64,000 nucleotides of DNA. Origin: a virus. The notes below the pieces were generated by a model, which saw only the letters and a list, made by a program, of their open reading frames with translations, ran no database searches and was not told the DNA's origin. The first letter of the stretch is position 1. Every line of letters begins with the position of its first letter. The position numbers were made by a program, and so were the translations under genes. Of the stretch, positions 18,101 to 25,510 are shown piece by piece. The DNA lies in IMG/VR virus record IMGVR_UViG_3300022871_000011, positions 1 to 64,000 of that record; one strand, given 5' to 3'.

Positions 18101-18700
18101 ATTGTTGAAAGAATGCAAGTACTCACCTGCTTTAACTTCACAGACCTTTTTGGATGAAAAAGTCACTCCGTCATAACTCGTTGATATTAAAGTATTTGCG
18201 CTGAGGCTCTCGTCAATTGCGACACATGAGATTGAGGATATGCCCCTCACACGATCGGGATTTAGGTAGCAATATTCTAGGAATATCATAGACCCAGAAT
18301 GGAACTCTTTCGTGTAGAATTTACCCACCTCCTGGTCCGACATCATATCGCTCTTTATGAGAGAGTGTTTAAGAAGAGGCCTCAGGATGGTAGCATTATA
18401 GCGGGCCAACTGGTCAGCACGGGGCTCGATTATAAGTGTATGGAAGCCTTTGTAGTAGTGGGCCCTTAAAATAGCCTGTGCACTTAGGCTCAGACTTTTT
18501 CCTACTTGCCGTGAGCAGCAATATACAACAGATCTAGGTTGTTCAAATTCGAAGAATGGTGCCATCTGATAATGGAGGTCAGTTGACATATGTTCTTCAC
18601 CTATTTTGAACACAGGTAAGAGAGGTGCAAAGGATGTAACCCACCCCTCATCTACAGCGCGGAAGTATTCCGCAATGAATTGATTCGTATTAAGACCCAA
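15194..18700 (-). CDS. terL: Terminase large subunit (gpA-like) with a 586-aa intein; mature protein ~582 aa
   Basis: Walker A SRQVGKS, Walker B VAIDE|CQD split by the intein, TGTPK, CxxC/CxxC, FYNEVLG, nuclease MGVDWSGG and DDFAHALNY; TTG start with GGAGG. Confidence 0.9.
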   Translation of the reverse strand: MGLNTNQFIAEYFRAVDEGWVTSFAPLLPVFKIGEEHMSTDLHYQMAPFFEFEQPRSVVYCCSRQVGKSLSLSAQAILRAHYYKGFHTLIIEPRADQLARYNATILRPLLKHSLIKSDMMSDQEVGKFYTKEFHSGSMIFLEYCYLNPDRVRGISSISCVAIDESLSANTLISTSYDGVTFSSKKVCEVKAGEYLHSFNNDGTVLNSIAAKDASYHGERLCFKVTLETGETIECTGDHSFPTSIGPVRLSEVINYEYAKQTGDFDGITEAAVTGYDARGWLNAGKQRSQADCMLPLKSRVVPAPIQPGEVRPVSRVRHQSTLQDQERGLRRMVECLEDAGPLSVSLYLHPNMPGRASQASEHGVALTADPRGDSVVDRGRRMSGQRTQDCEHIDSRVQPGGSGPAIYMANGQVWCGEQSVYGEQNEGRGSLHVPSAIHNCEGHNNPDTVDSTLHACTDGLQDKPYRTPLLNVRGRANQGSMGMRGCMQRGVRSHSQTRILRRKQRIHNGEVRGVAPCQPGTIQDNSQALLLQGPSVQQGNGKKACSSLPGTQQGPCKRTQTRQADIAKGRPGIRSKSTVGAQTVLCKIKEGPGTLQRSAGQGQRTQGPQSRGSAHKRVAQEQPRQSKRTECPVGPTQEREACQRPCRERKTAPYNECPAQAQNTGERANRPLQVLRGTPLQEDKHRLPGRGVSEVKVEGQPAALPCKEAGAGVTLSRISKIEVTAVQPVYDIEVVGTHNYILANNVQSLNCQDIDYDFLPILFETTSANRYFGFQQYTGTPKTSDGTLAVVWNDSSMAEWCIPCSHCRKKNIASIEQDLIKMLGKKTIICAKCGGTLDGRRGYYVHARPDLAATHAGYHFCQVTHPLHYGIKAKWQALLGKMEGPGSYSKAKFYNEVLGVPCDENVKLLSQADLISAAGKHKNDMAATIKLRNQYSGYVMGVDWSGGGDLSESYTALAVVGFRNGTDVVDNLYSERLPMGMSPEEESMYIMDQFRKFQCVYMAHDYGGAGYVRESLMRQAGLPDHQIIPYTYVSSTNKDVITYNPPTGNGTRFSYSIDKARSLAVMCAMLRAHKISLPFYDDESKIVLDDLLNLVEMPRELPRGGIMYLIGKAPKKSDDFAHALNYACSAIWHTRQSYPDMNTVKDKFTITEQQLALAAPTDPEKVVW
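16451..18208 (-). mobile_element. Intein in terL, inserted directly after Walker B
   Basis: starts SLSANTLI (block A), IECTGDHSF (block B TxxH), VYDIEVVGTHNYILANNVQSLN/C (blocks F/G); removal restores AIDECQD. Confidence 0.9.
16561..17937 (-). CDS. LAGLIDADG homing endonuclease nested out-of-frame inside the terL intein
   Basis: LLLGTMLGDGSM and GIAWWIGDDG motifs, ISTHGFS; C-terminal Cys4 fingers and basic helices; own SD (GGAGGTAATAAATT-ATG). Confidence 0.9.
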   Translation of the reverse strand: MSMQNKPETLTASQKQLLLGTMLGDGSMQVSSAAKQTVCYRSNHGWCQHQYNLEKYALLAEYATRAPYKIKNGGYGEWSSVWRTQALSVFHYIFTLTCPDGHHKLVNTEWLSQLTPEGIAWWIGDDGCLDSGRRTVSISTHGFSPEEVDLLSTWLMAKYGVESKVYMVNKTRDGEVFTYPLLYITAKGTITLIPLIAPYMPAPMAYKINRIEHRCLMCGAELTKGAWVCEGACKEEYDHIVKHEYYEENKEYIMEKSAEWRRANPEQSRIIARRCYYKDLVYSRAMGRKHAAAYLERNRDLVNERKRDKRTSLKGDPAYEASLQSERKRYYAKLKKDQGRYRDRLDKANARRDHKAEAVHTKEWRKNNPDKVKEQNARSDQRRKERLANDPAEKERQRLITNARHKRKILAKGPTGHCRYCGEPLYKKTSTVCQAEVCQKLKLRDNQRRYRARKLEQA

Positions 18701-18796
18701 ACGTTCCTCCTAAGTGCTTCGACAGCACACAAACTTATTATTTAATTTATTCGCATAAAGATGTTTTGTAAAGTATATTAGCATAAAATACAGGAA

Positions 18797-19024
18797 TTGC
18801 AAATGCCGAGTCAGAGCTCAAGAGAAGCACTCAAGCGTAAAAAGCTTGATTTTAATGAATTGAATAATGATTCTGCCGGTCCTTATAAGACCCGCGGACT
18901 CATTTCCCATGACCGACCGTTTGAGGAGACGGTAGCACTACGACCTATTGACACAGTCAAGGATCGTGGGGCGACTTTACCTCTGGACGATGGCGAGTGG
19001 AACGATTCATCTTCCAGCTCATGA
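18797..19024 (+). CDS. Hypothetical protein, divergent from terL
   Basis: ORF with AGGA upstream; probable start ATG at 18803. Confidence 0.45.
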   Translation: MQMPSQSSREALKRKKLDFNELNNDSAGPYKTRGLISHDRPFEETVALRPIDTVKDRGATLPLDDGEWNDSSSSS

Positions 19025-19074
19025 CACCCTCTTCAACATACACGGAGGTGTAAGTGTGAAATCGAAGAAGGATT

Positions 19075-19386
19075 ATGAAGGCTGAAAAGTATCTCTCAGA
19101 GGGCGGAGGTTTAGCCCTTATGGTTATTAGTGGCTTATTGCTGCTATTCTTGTTATGGGTAAGCCCTATAGCTGCAAGTTGTGCTGGCTTCGCCACCATG
19201 ATATTAATACTACTCCCCCGCCTCTCCGCTAACCCGGAAACAGGTTCAGGTGTAGGTATTATAGCAGGGCTACCGGTTATCGTAGGGTTATGCGTACACC
19301 CGGTGGTGTTCTGTGTAGCTGTATTGGCAACTTGGTGGTTAATCGTAGGACTTTCTCAGAGCCTAACCGACTCAGATTCCCCGTAA
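19075..19386 (+). CDS. Small membrane protein
   Basis: several hydrophobic segments. Confidence 0.6.
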   Translation: MKAEKYLSEGGGLALMVISGLLLLFLLWVSPIAASCAGFATMILILLPRLSANPETGSGVGIIAGLPVIVGLCVHPVVFCVAVLATWWLIVGLSQSLTDSDSP

Positions 19387-19443
19387 CAAACACGCTGTCG
19401 AGCACCGTGGAGGATTTCTTTAATTTATTAAACCGGAGATAGA

Positions 19444-19656
19444 ATGACTAATTTATTAATTTTAAGTTCGAAAGATGAGGCTGACACTGTCAGTTCTAAG
19501 GTAATGGCTAACCATGACATCGTCATACAGGCCATCGAAGACACAGGGATGTATACAATCCTGAAGAGCAGAGGCAAGACCAGGCGAGCAAAGATGAACT
19601 GGCCTGATGTATGTAAACTGCGAGTAAAGCTTGAGACAGAAATTGCAGAGGCCTAA
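19444..19656 (+). CDS. Hypothetical protein
   Basis: GGAG RBS. Confidence 0.55.
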   Translation: MTNLLILSSKDEADTVSSKVMANHDIVIQAIEDTGMYTILKSRGKTRRAKMNWPDVCKLRVKLETEIAEA

Positions 19657-19819
19657 AAACCTGCATCTCCTTCTCATACTCTTCCTCTTAACCTAATATT
19701 ACAAAAGAATTGAATATTTATTCTAAATATCCCCTTCTTCTGTAGAGATTGAAACAGACGCACCAGCTTTTCGGCTGGTGCGTTGAGCTACACATTTGTA
19801 TTACTGAAAAGGAGGTTTA

Positions 19820-20104
19820 ATGTCTATACAAAAGTATAACGCTACACTCAACAGAGTATCAGCATCGTTTGCAAAAATATCAAAGCTTATTGACAACCAC
19901 GTTGATAAGTACACCATGCACAAGAAATGGGATTGCTGGTTTAGACTCCATGATGCATTCAGGAAGAAGTATCATATCAGAGCCTACAGCAGATCAAAAC
20001 GCGATAACATGGATATCATGTTCGCAATAGCCTTAGCCCCTGAAGGCAACGGTAAAGGTATGTTAAATGAACTCGAACAGCTCGCAACGGAGATGTTCAC
20101 CTAA
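19820..20104 (+). CDS. Hypothetical protein
   Basis: AAGGAGGT RBS. Confidence 0.7.
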   Translation: MSIQKYNATLNRVSASFAKISKLIDNHVDKYTMHKKWDCWFRLHDAFRKKYHIRAYSRSKRDNMDIMFAIALAPEGNGKGMLNELEQLATEMFT

Positions 20105-20119
20105 CCAACAAGGAGTATT

Positions 20120-20404
20120 ATGTCAGAACTAATGTACACACAGTTAATCGGAGTCACAGCAGGCATGGGCCCAGGAATCATAATTGGTTTCATACTGTGT
20201 GCTATCCTGCTTCAGCGGGCTATCATACACAGTACCATGCATGCATTGATGCTTTCGCAGAAGGGCGGGCCGGCACCAGGAGGAGGCCCTACAGAGGACG
20301 GAGAGCAATTAAAAGTTAAAAGCCTGCATGAGATCCACGTAGAGGGTAAACGTAAACAGGAGGCTACTAAGAATGACGCACAGGACAAACCACAAGAAGG
20401 CTAA
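20120..20404 (+). CDS. Membrane-anchored hypothetical protein
   Basis: AAGGAG RBS; N-terminal TM helix. Confidence 0.65.
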   Translation: MSELMYTQLIGVTAGMGPGIIIGFILCAILLQRAIIHSTMHALMLSQKGGPAPGGGPTEDGEQLKVKSLHEIHVEGKRKQEATKNDAQDKPQEG

Positions 20405-20771
20405 ACCAATCAGATCGATTGTTATACCTACTGACTTGGATAGAGGGAAGTTAGTACCAGTGACGTGGTACCCTGATGCAGAGATCTATGAGTGTGGTGG
20501 TGACTTCTATCGTAGGAACTATGATTTTAGATCAATCGACGAGTACGCAGGCAGATGTGAGACCTGTGATATGTGCGAGGAAAATACAGGGCTCACAAAC
20601 ACACTCTGTAAAACCGCGCCTCGTAACAAGACTGATTTAGGTATAAAGGACTGCTCGAAGCAGCCACTCTTCAATATGAAGCTGATGGATGAAATTCACG
20701 CAGAACTGTTAAAGGTATCAACAATACCAGAAAAGGATAATAAAGATGAGAACAATAACAAAGATCCATGA
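20373..20771 (+). CDS. Cys-rich protein, divergent member of the LLKV family
   Basis: CETCDMC..C..C plus MDEIHAELLKV. Confidence 0.6.
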   Translation: MTHRTNHKKAKPIRSIVIPTDLDRGKLVPVTWYPDAEIYECGGDFYRRNYDFRSIDEYAGRCETCDMCEENTGLTNTLCKTAPRNKTDLGIKDCSKQPLFNMKLMDEIHAELLKVSTIPEKDNKDENNNKDP

Positions 20772-21531
20772 TTACTACGATGGTTTGATGCGAAGCGATG
20801 AAGACGATAAAATAGTTTTCATGCGAAACACCAGTGAGGTTCCCTTTGCGGAACTGGATATAGATACGAAGAGAACGCAGCATTATAAGCACTGGCATGG
20901 AAGCGCGGCTCGTTTTGACTACTTCCTTACAGCCAATGATGATGAAGTCCGTAGATGGGATGGTAAGGTACACTCCTCTGAGAGCTTCGTAGTGGGCTTT
21001 TGCGGTAAGATCTATACCGGACTACGCGTTAAGAGGACTAATGGTCTCTGCGTTACCGCACAAGGCTATAAGAAAACAAATGAGATCCTGTACGGAGACG
21101 ATATGATTGAGTACCTGGAACATATCAGTGCTGATGACTGTGAGAACCATAGTAAATCGCACTGGCCCTGGCAGTTCACGCATTACGCAGGAACTGCGGC
21201 TAAGATACGAGACGCAATGACGCTTATGGAGAATGGACCACTTAAGGAGCTATTTATCAGATACCGGGTGCCTTACTTTGTGATGGAGGATTATGTGAAG
21301 TGTACTCTATTGCCGGTATTGAAGGACTACCAGTTCTACAGGGTATTTGACGCTTATCAGACTTATCAGGAGGTCCGGATGTTTGTAGAGGGCAACCTTG
21401 CACAGGATACTCAAGTCGTAGTACCTGTAGGCGGAGATTTAATAGTCCGCGATAGTAAGGGCTTCGACAAACACAGCTTCCGTAAGGACAAGCAGGATAA
21501 GAAACAAAAAAGGAGAAAACATAGAACATGA
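20746..21531 (+). CDS. Conserved phage hypothetical protein
   Basis: HDYYD N-terminus, VGFCGKIY, DAYQTYQE, KGFDKHSFRK. Confidence 0.7.
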   Translation: MRTITKIHDYYDGLMRSDEDDKIVFMRNTSEVPFAELDIDTKRTQHYKHWHGSAARFDYFLTANDDEVRRWDGKVHSSESFVVGFCGKIYTGLRVKRTNGLCVTAQGYKKTNEILYGDDMIEYLEHISADDCENHSKSHWPWQFTHYAGTAAKIRDAMTLMENGPLKELFIRYRVPYFVMEDYVKCTLLPVLKDYQFYRVFDAYQTYQEVRMFVEGNLAQDTQVVVPVGGDLIVRDSKGFDKHSFRKDKQDKKQKRRKHRT

Positions 21532-21833
21532 GTAATATGCAGAAAGACTGGGAAGCTGACCTTATGACTGAGTCCAAAGAGGATCTCATAGAAATGGTCA
21601 AGCATTTCCAGGAAATAGCGCTGGGTACATATGACCCAGACAAAGAGGAAGAGAACTATATGCTGGGGGTGGCTGTTAACATGTTCACCACACTAGCAAG
21701 TTGTATTCACAGGGGCGGTACCATTGAGTACCACGACGAGACAGCTAAATGGAACTGTGTCGAACTTGCCGATGTTATAACTAACTGGGAAGTTAAGTAC
21801 ACCCGTGATAACATAAGGATGAAAGAGAAGTAA
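21528..21833 (+). CDS. Hypothetical protein
   Basis: ATGA overlap with the upstream stop. Confidence 0.65.
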   Translation: MSNMQKDWEADLMTESKEDLIEMVKHFQEIALGTYDPDKEEENYMLGVAVNMFTTLASCIHRGGTIEYHDETAKWNCVELADVITNWEVKYTRDNIRMKEK

Positions 21834-21839
21834 TATCAT

Positions 21840-21988
21840 ACGTTGGTAGCTAATAGGGTTAAGCGCTCGCATTTCAAGCGAGGTCAGAATAGACCGTACA
21901 CCTGGTTAGGTTTATTCCCAAAATTAGGAACGGTATGCGCATACCGGTTCTATGGGTGATGGTAGTTCGAATCTATCCCAACGTGCCA
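21840..21988 (+). tRNA. tRNA-like RNA, anticodon UUC (Glu), with ~75-nt branched variable region
   Basis: acceptor ACGTTGG/CCAACGT+G+CCA; D arm GCT..AGC; anticodon arm CTCGC-ATTTCAA-GCGAG; T arm GGTAG-TTCGAAT-CTATC. Confidence 0.7.
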
Positions 21989-21998
21989 TTTTATTTAA

Positions 21999-22194
21999 GG
22001 TCCTGTAGCTGATATTGGGTTAGCGGCTGGGTGTTGCCTTTGTCATAAGGCACCAGTGTCAGATCGGCAAGAAACATAGCCAACCGGTTGGTTATACGAA
22101 AAGCCTATCGGCCAAAATTTATGCAGGAAGCGCAGGAACAGTGCGGAATGTGTAATGGGCGTATAAGGAGGTTCGATTCCTTCTGGGATCACCA
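21999..22194 (+). ncRNA. 196-nt tRNA-like RNA with extended anticodon arm and ~110-nt variable region
   Basis: acceptor GGTCCTG/TGGGATC+A+CCA; D arm similar to the neighbour; T arm GGAGG-TTCGATT-CCTTC; no canonical 7-nt anticodon loop. Confidence 0.6.
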
Positions 22195-22199
22195 GTTTT

Positions 22200-22456
22200 T
22201 GAGTAGAGCGGGTGACATCCGCGAGTCGTGGTTACTACAGCCCCCTACATCCCGATTGAGCGGCCCAAAAAAATATCGGAAGACGGCCGAGGCGCTCAGG
22301 GGTGATAAATAAAGGAAGAAGGTGGAGGGATCTATGGCCTATGTAACGGGTTTAATAGCGTTTGCATAGATCGTCATGAAGCCAAGGCCTATGGAGGGGT
22401 TACAAACCTCCGGCCGCTGCCGTAGTTCGAGAAGCCACTTTAACCCGCTCTGCTCA
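22200..22456 (+). ncRNA. ~257-nt structured RNA of unknown class
   Basis: 14-bp terminal stem TGAGTAGAGCGGGT/ACCCGCTCTGCTCA; nested GTGGTT/AGCCAC and ACTAC/GTAGT; internal stems TGAGCG/CGCTCA, GATCTATG/CATAGATC, GGAGG/CCTCC. Confidence 0.55.
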
Positions 22457-22475
22457 TTTTTAACAAAGGAGATAC

Positions 22476-22835
22476 ATGTACAAAGTAATGCATTATAAAC
22501 ACCCAGACGAAGCCAAACTCATACAGCGTATGTTTGTTTGGAAGGGGTATGGGTGCCCTATGAACGAAGACGGGGTAATGGTCCGCCGCGATACAAACGG
22601 CAAGGATGCAGCACTCCTCTACAAGCACAGAACAGTTGTGGCTGTAGGCTTCTTCGAGTCAGTTGAATATTTAAAGAAGATCGAAGGACTGAGTGATGAG
22701 GTACAAAGTATACCGGTGAGACCTGCAAGGGTACCACCTAAACCTCGGCCAAAGCCAGAGGTCAGTCCCATTACAAAGGTCGACAAGCCCGCCGATCCTT
22801 TTGATGTTAACAAACTAAACGGGCCAGGATTTTAA
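22476..22835 (+). CDS. Hypothetical protein
   Basis: AAGGAG RBS. Confidence 0.7.
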   Translation: MYKVMHYKHPDEAKLIQRMFVWKGYGCPMNEDGVMVRRDTNGKDAALLYKHRTVVAVGFFESVEYLKKIEGLSDEVQSIPVRPARVPPKPRPKPEVSPITKVDKPADPFDVNKLNGPGF

Positions 22836-22844
22836 GGAGGATGT

Positions 22845-23099
22845 ATACCAGAATCAAAATCAACGGACAAATTAAGAATACTCACAGGTTATACAGAAGA
22901 ATTAACCGACGCCATAATAGCGACAGGTCTTGAGAGCATTAACAGGGTGATTGAATCAATTGAAATCACCTGGGAGTCTGTCACTATCTGTGGTGCTGAC
23001 AGTATGCCCTGCCCGGGTCTTAAGATTGTATTTAGAGACGGCAATGTAACAGAGAAAACCGTAAGAGACGAAAAGGAGAACTTTGCAGAAATAACATGA
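22845..23099 (+). CDS. Hypothetical 84-aa protein, apparent ATA start (not in ORF track)
   Basis: TAAGGAGG-ATGT-ATA CCA GAA..., open to a TGA that overlaps the sbcD ATG. Confidence 0.45.
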   Translation: MPESKSTDKLRILTGYTEELTDAIIATGLESINRVIESIEITWESVTICGADSMPCPGLKIVFRDGNVTEKTVRDEKENFAEIT

Positions 23100-24148
23100 T
23101 AATATTTGCAGCAGACATACACCTGACACCTAGAGCCTGGACTAACCGCTGGTCTATAGAGGGCGATGCCTTCTATGCACTCCAGCAGATCCAGGACTAT
23201 GTGAAAGGTAAGAAATGCTCAGGCATAGTACTGGGCGGAGACACAACAGACAGCAACACACCGGATGCAGCAACACTGTACCACCTGTCTGAGTTTATGC
23301 ACAAGATGACGGTCATGGGTATACCTGTGTACTTCATCAACGGGCAGCATGACAGAGGCGCTTATGGTCACTCCATTCTGGAAACCTATGGCGCCAAACA
23401 TATTGACCAGGAGATTATTCAACTGGAAGGTAAAACATATTATGGCCTGTCATACAGGTCTCGTTCAGATCTACTTACTGCACTTGCTGATGTCCCGGAA
23501 TGTGATTTCCTGGTAATGCACTGTGCGTTTAAACACCTGTTAAGCTTCGAAGGAGCATGGCAGCTGGAGCCTTCAGACATCCCTGAATACGTATCAAATG
23601 TATTGGTTGGAGACATCCATGTACAGGACGTATCAGCGTTTGATAAGCTCAAGATATACAGCCCTGGTTCTACTTATGCCTGCAACTCGGCAGAGATAAA
23701 ACAGAAGCATGGGTTTTACACTATCGATAAGACAGATATTAAACATCATCTATTAAAGACTCGGACGTTTACTACACTCTCTGTGGAGGACACATCTCGA
23801 GACGAAGTCATGAAAGAACTGGAAGCTATTAATAAGAAAGCTGTTAAGGCAGCATTGCCTCCTGTAGTCTTTGTGAAAATGACGAAAGATGACACTTTAG
23901 CGTTTGACAAATTCGATAAGATCGTTATTGTAAGAATAGACGCAGCATTGGAACTTGTTGATGTGTCAGATCTACAGATAGACGCTGTCAAAAGCCTCAA
24001 TCTGAAAGCTTCCTTACCTGCTGCAGTGGACCGCAAGAAAGATCCAGAACTTTATGATTTCTTAGAAGGGCTACTCGACTCTGCTTCGGCGGGGGAGTAT
24101 ATCTCTGACTGGGTTACTAAAGAGGGTGTTAAGCTTGTGGAGAAATAG
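23096..24148 (+). CDS. sbcD: SbcD/Mre11-like recombination nuclease
   Basis: ADIHL, LGGD..D, INGQHD, VMH, GDIH, YSPGS metallophosphoesterase motifs; SbcC nearby. Confidence 0.85.
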   Translation: MIIFAADIHLTPRAWTNRWSIEGDAFYALQQIQDYVKGKKCSGIVLGGDTTDSNTPDAATLYHLSEFMHKMTVMGIPVYFINGQHDRGAYGHSILETYGAKHIDQEIIQLEGKTYYGLSYRSRSDLLTALADVPECDFLVMHCAFKHLLSFEGAWQLEPSDIPEYVSNVLVGDIHVQDVSAFDKLKIYSPGSTYACNSAEIKQKHGFYTIDKTDIKHHLLKTRTFTTLSVEDTSRDEVMKELEAINKKAVKAALPPVVFVKMTKDDTLAFDKFDKIVIVRIDAALELVDVSDLQIDAVKSLNLKASLPAAVDRKKDPELYDFLEGLLDSASAGEYISDWVTKEGVKLVEK

Positions 24149-24163
24149 TCTAACGCGTTAGAC
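24148..24163. promoter_or_regulatory. 16-bp perfect palindrome GTCTAACGCGTTAGAC, candidate operator
   Basis: 15 bp of it recur at 55201-55215; both sit at gene junctions. Confidence 0.45.
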
Positions 24164-24187
24164 AAAATAAATAAAAGGAGATATAAG

Positions 24188-24778
24188 ATGATAAACACAC
24201 CCATACCGATGGTCGTAGAGAACTCAGAACAGGGTCCTAGAGGGTGGGATATCTTTTCCCGTCTGATGAAAGACAGAGTTATAATGCTTTCAACACCCAT
24301 CGACGATATGGTATCGAATGTCATAGTAGCACAATTACTGTACTTGCAATCTGAGGACCCTTCTGCGGATATCGATATGTATATCAATAGTCCGGGCGGA
24401 ACAGTCTCAGCAGGTATGGCCATTTATGATACTATGCAGATCCTTGGTTGTGATATTAAGACATACGGTATAGGCCAGGCCGCGAGCATGGGAGCACTGC
24501 TCCTAGCAGCTGGTGCACCCGGTAAACGTTTTGTCATGCCTAATGCACGTGTTATGATTCATCAGCCCCTCGGCGGAGCTGCAGGACAAGCCACTGATAT
24601 TGAAATCCATACGAAGGAAATTCTTAGAATTAAGGATGACCTGAATAAGATTATGGTGAAGCATACCGGCCAGACTATGAAGAAGGTAAAGCATGATTCG
24701 GATCGTGACTTCTTTATGTCCGCGGAGGAAGCCAAGAAGTATGGCATTGTGGATGAGGTCCTAACTAATCTAAAATAG
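24188..24778 (+). CDS. clpP: ATP-dependent Clp protease proteolytic subunit
   Basis: [24 protein letters not shown] (Ser), MIHQPLGG (His), [11 protein letters not shown] (Asp). Confidence 0.97.
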   Translation: MINTPIPMVVENSEQGPRGWDIFSRLMKDRVIMLSTPIDDMVSNVIVAQLLYLQSEDPSADIDMYINSPGGTVSAGMAIYDTMQILGCDIKTYGIGQAASMGALLLAAGAPGKRFVMPNARVMIHQPLGGAAGQATDIEIHTKEILRIKDDLNKIMVKHTGQTMKKVKHDSDRDFFMSAEEAKKYGIVDEVLTNLK

Positions 24779-24786
24779 GAGGAGCT

Positions 24787-25503
24787 ATGTTGCTCAATTC
24801 AAAAAGAGAAACTGTATCGTCTTGCACTAACTACGGAGATTCTAACTGTCCTCTATGCGATGACAAGTTATCCGCTAAGGTATGCAAGGACAGGGTTAGT
24901 CACTGGGCTCACTATCCATGTGCACATGATAAGAACCCTGATGGGCAGATAGAGAAGCCTAAGTGCATGCACTTTGAATCAGAATGGCATCTGCGTATGA
25001 AGCTTGCTTACATGACGTTTAATGGATGGGACATTGAAGTGCCTATCAAGATGAACGGCGTGAAGTATCTAGTAGACGCAGTGAACCTTAAGACTAAGGT
25101 AGCACGTGAGTTTGTACATACGTTAAACCCACAGCTGATAGAGAAGCATAAAACGCTTAAAGAGAAACGTCCGGACAATGTGATGTGGATATACGATGGC
25201 GAGATGTTTGCCAGTGCATACCGCAGACGGAAGTTCTCTGATAAAGGTACATACTTTCAGAAGATGTTAAAACCAACAGCACGACGTCTCTATGCCGTAA
25301 CAGGCGGCCTTATCCATTTTGATGGCAAGATGTATAAGAAGGGTTCGTTTGGTGATTGCTGGTTTGAACAGACTGGTAGGGCTACACGGGAGATCCTTAA
25401 AAGGTATGAAGCTATCGACTTTACTAATGTCGAGAACAACCCGGAAGTAATACGTGACTTGGTATCCGACGAGGCTATCAAGCAATTTGTTAAAAAACTA
25501 TGA
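24787..25503 (+). CDS. CoiA-like nuclease domain protein
   Basis: CPLC..HWAH..C, ESEWHLRMK, YLVDAV, REFVHT. Confidence 0.6.
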   Translation: MLLNSKRETVSSCTNYGDSNCPLCDDKLSAKVCKDRVSHWAHYPCAHDKNPDGQIEKPKCMHFESEWHLRMKLAYMTFNGWDIEVPIKMNGVKYLVDAVNLKTKVAREFVHTLNPQLIEKHKTLKEKRPDNVMWIYDGEMFASAYRRRKFSDKGTYFQKMLKPTARRLYAVTGGLIHFDGKMYKKGSFGDCWFEQTGRATREILKRYEAIDFTNVENNPEVIRDLVSDEAIKQFVKKL

Positions 25504-25510
25504 GGTAAAG

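Noticed and set aside
21866-21882. Reading the first tRNA as a UCA (opal/Sec) suppressor
   Set aside because: The perfect CTCGC/GCGAG stem centres TTC in the 7-nt loop; TCA is off-register and the acceptor is 7 bp
22088-22312. 74-aa ORF
   Set aside because: No RBS, and it overlaps two structured RNAs
24188-24778. ClpP as the prohead protease
   Set aside because: Short host-type ClpP in the replication region, not beside portal or capsid genes and without a scaffold extension
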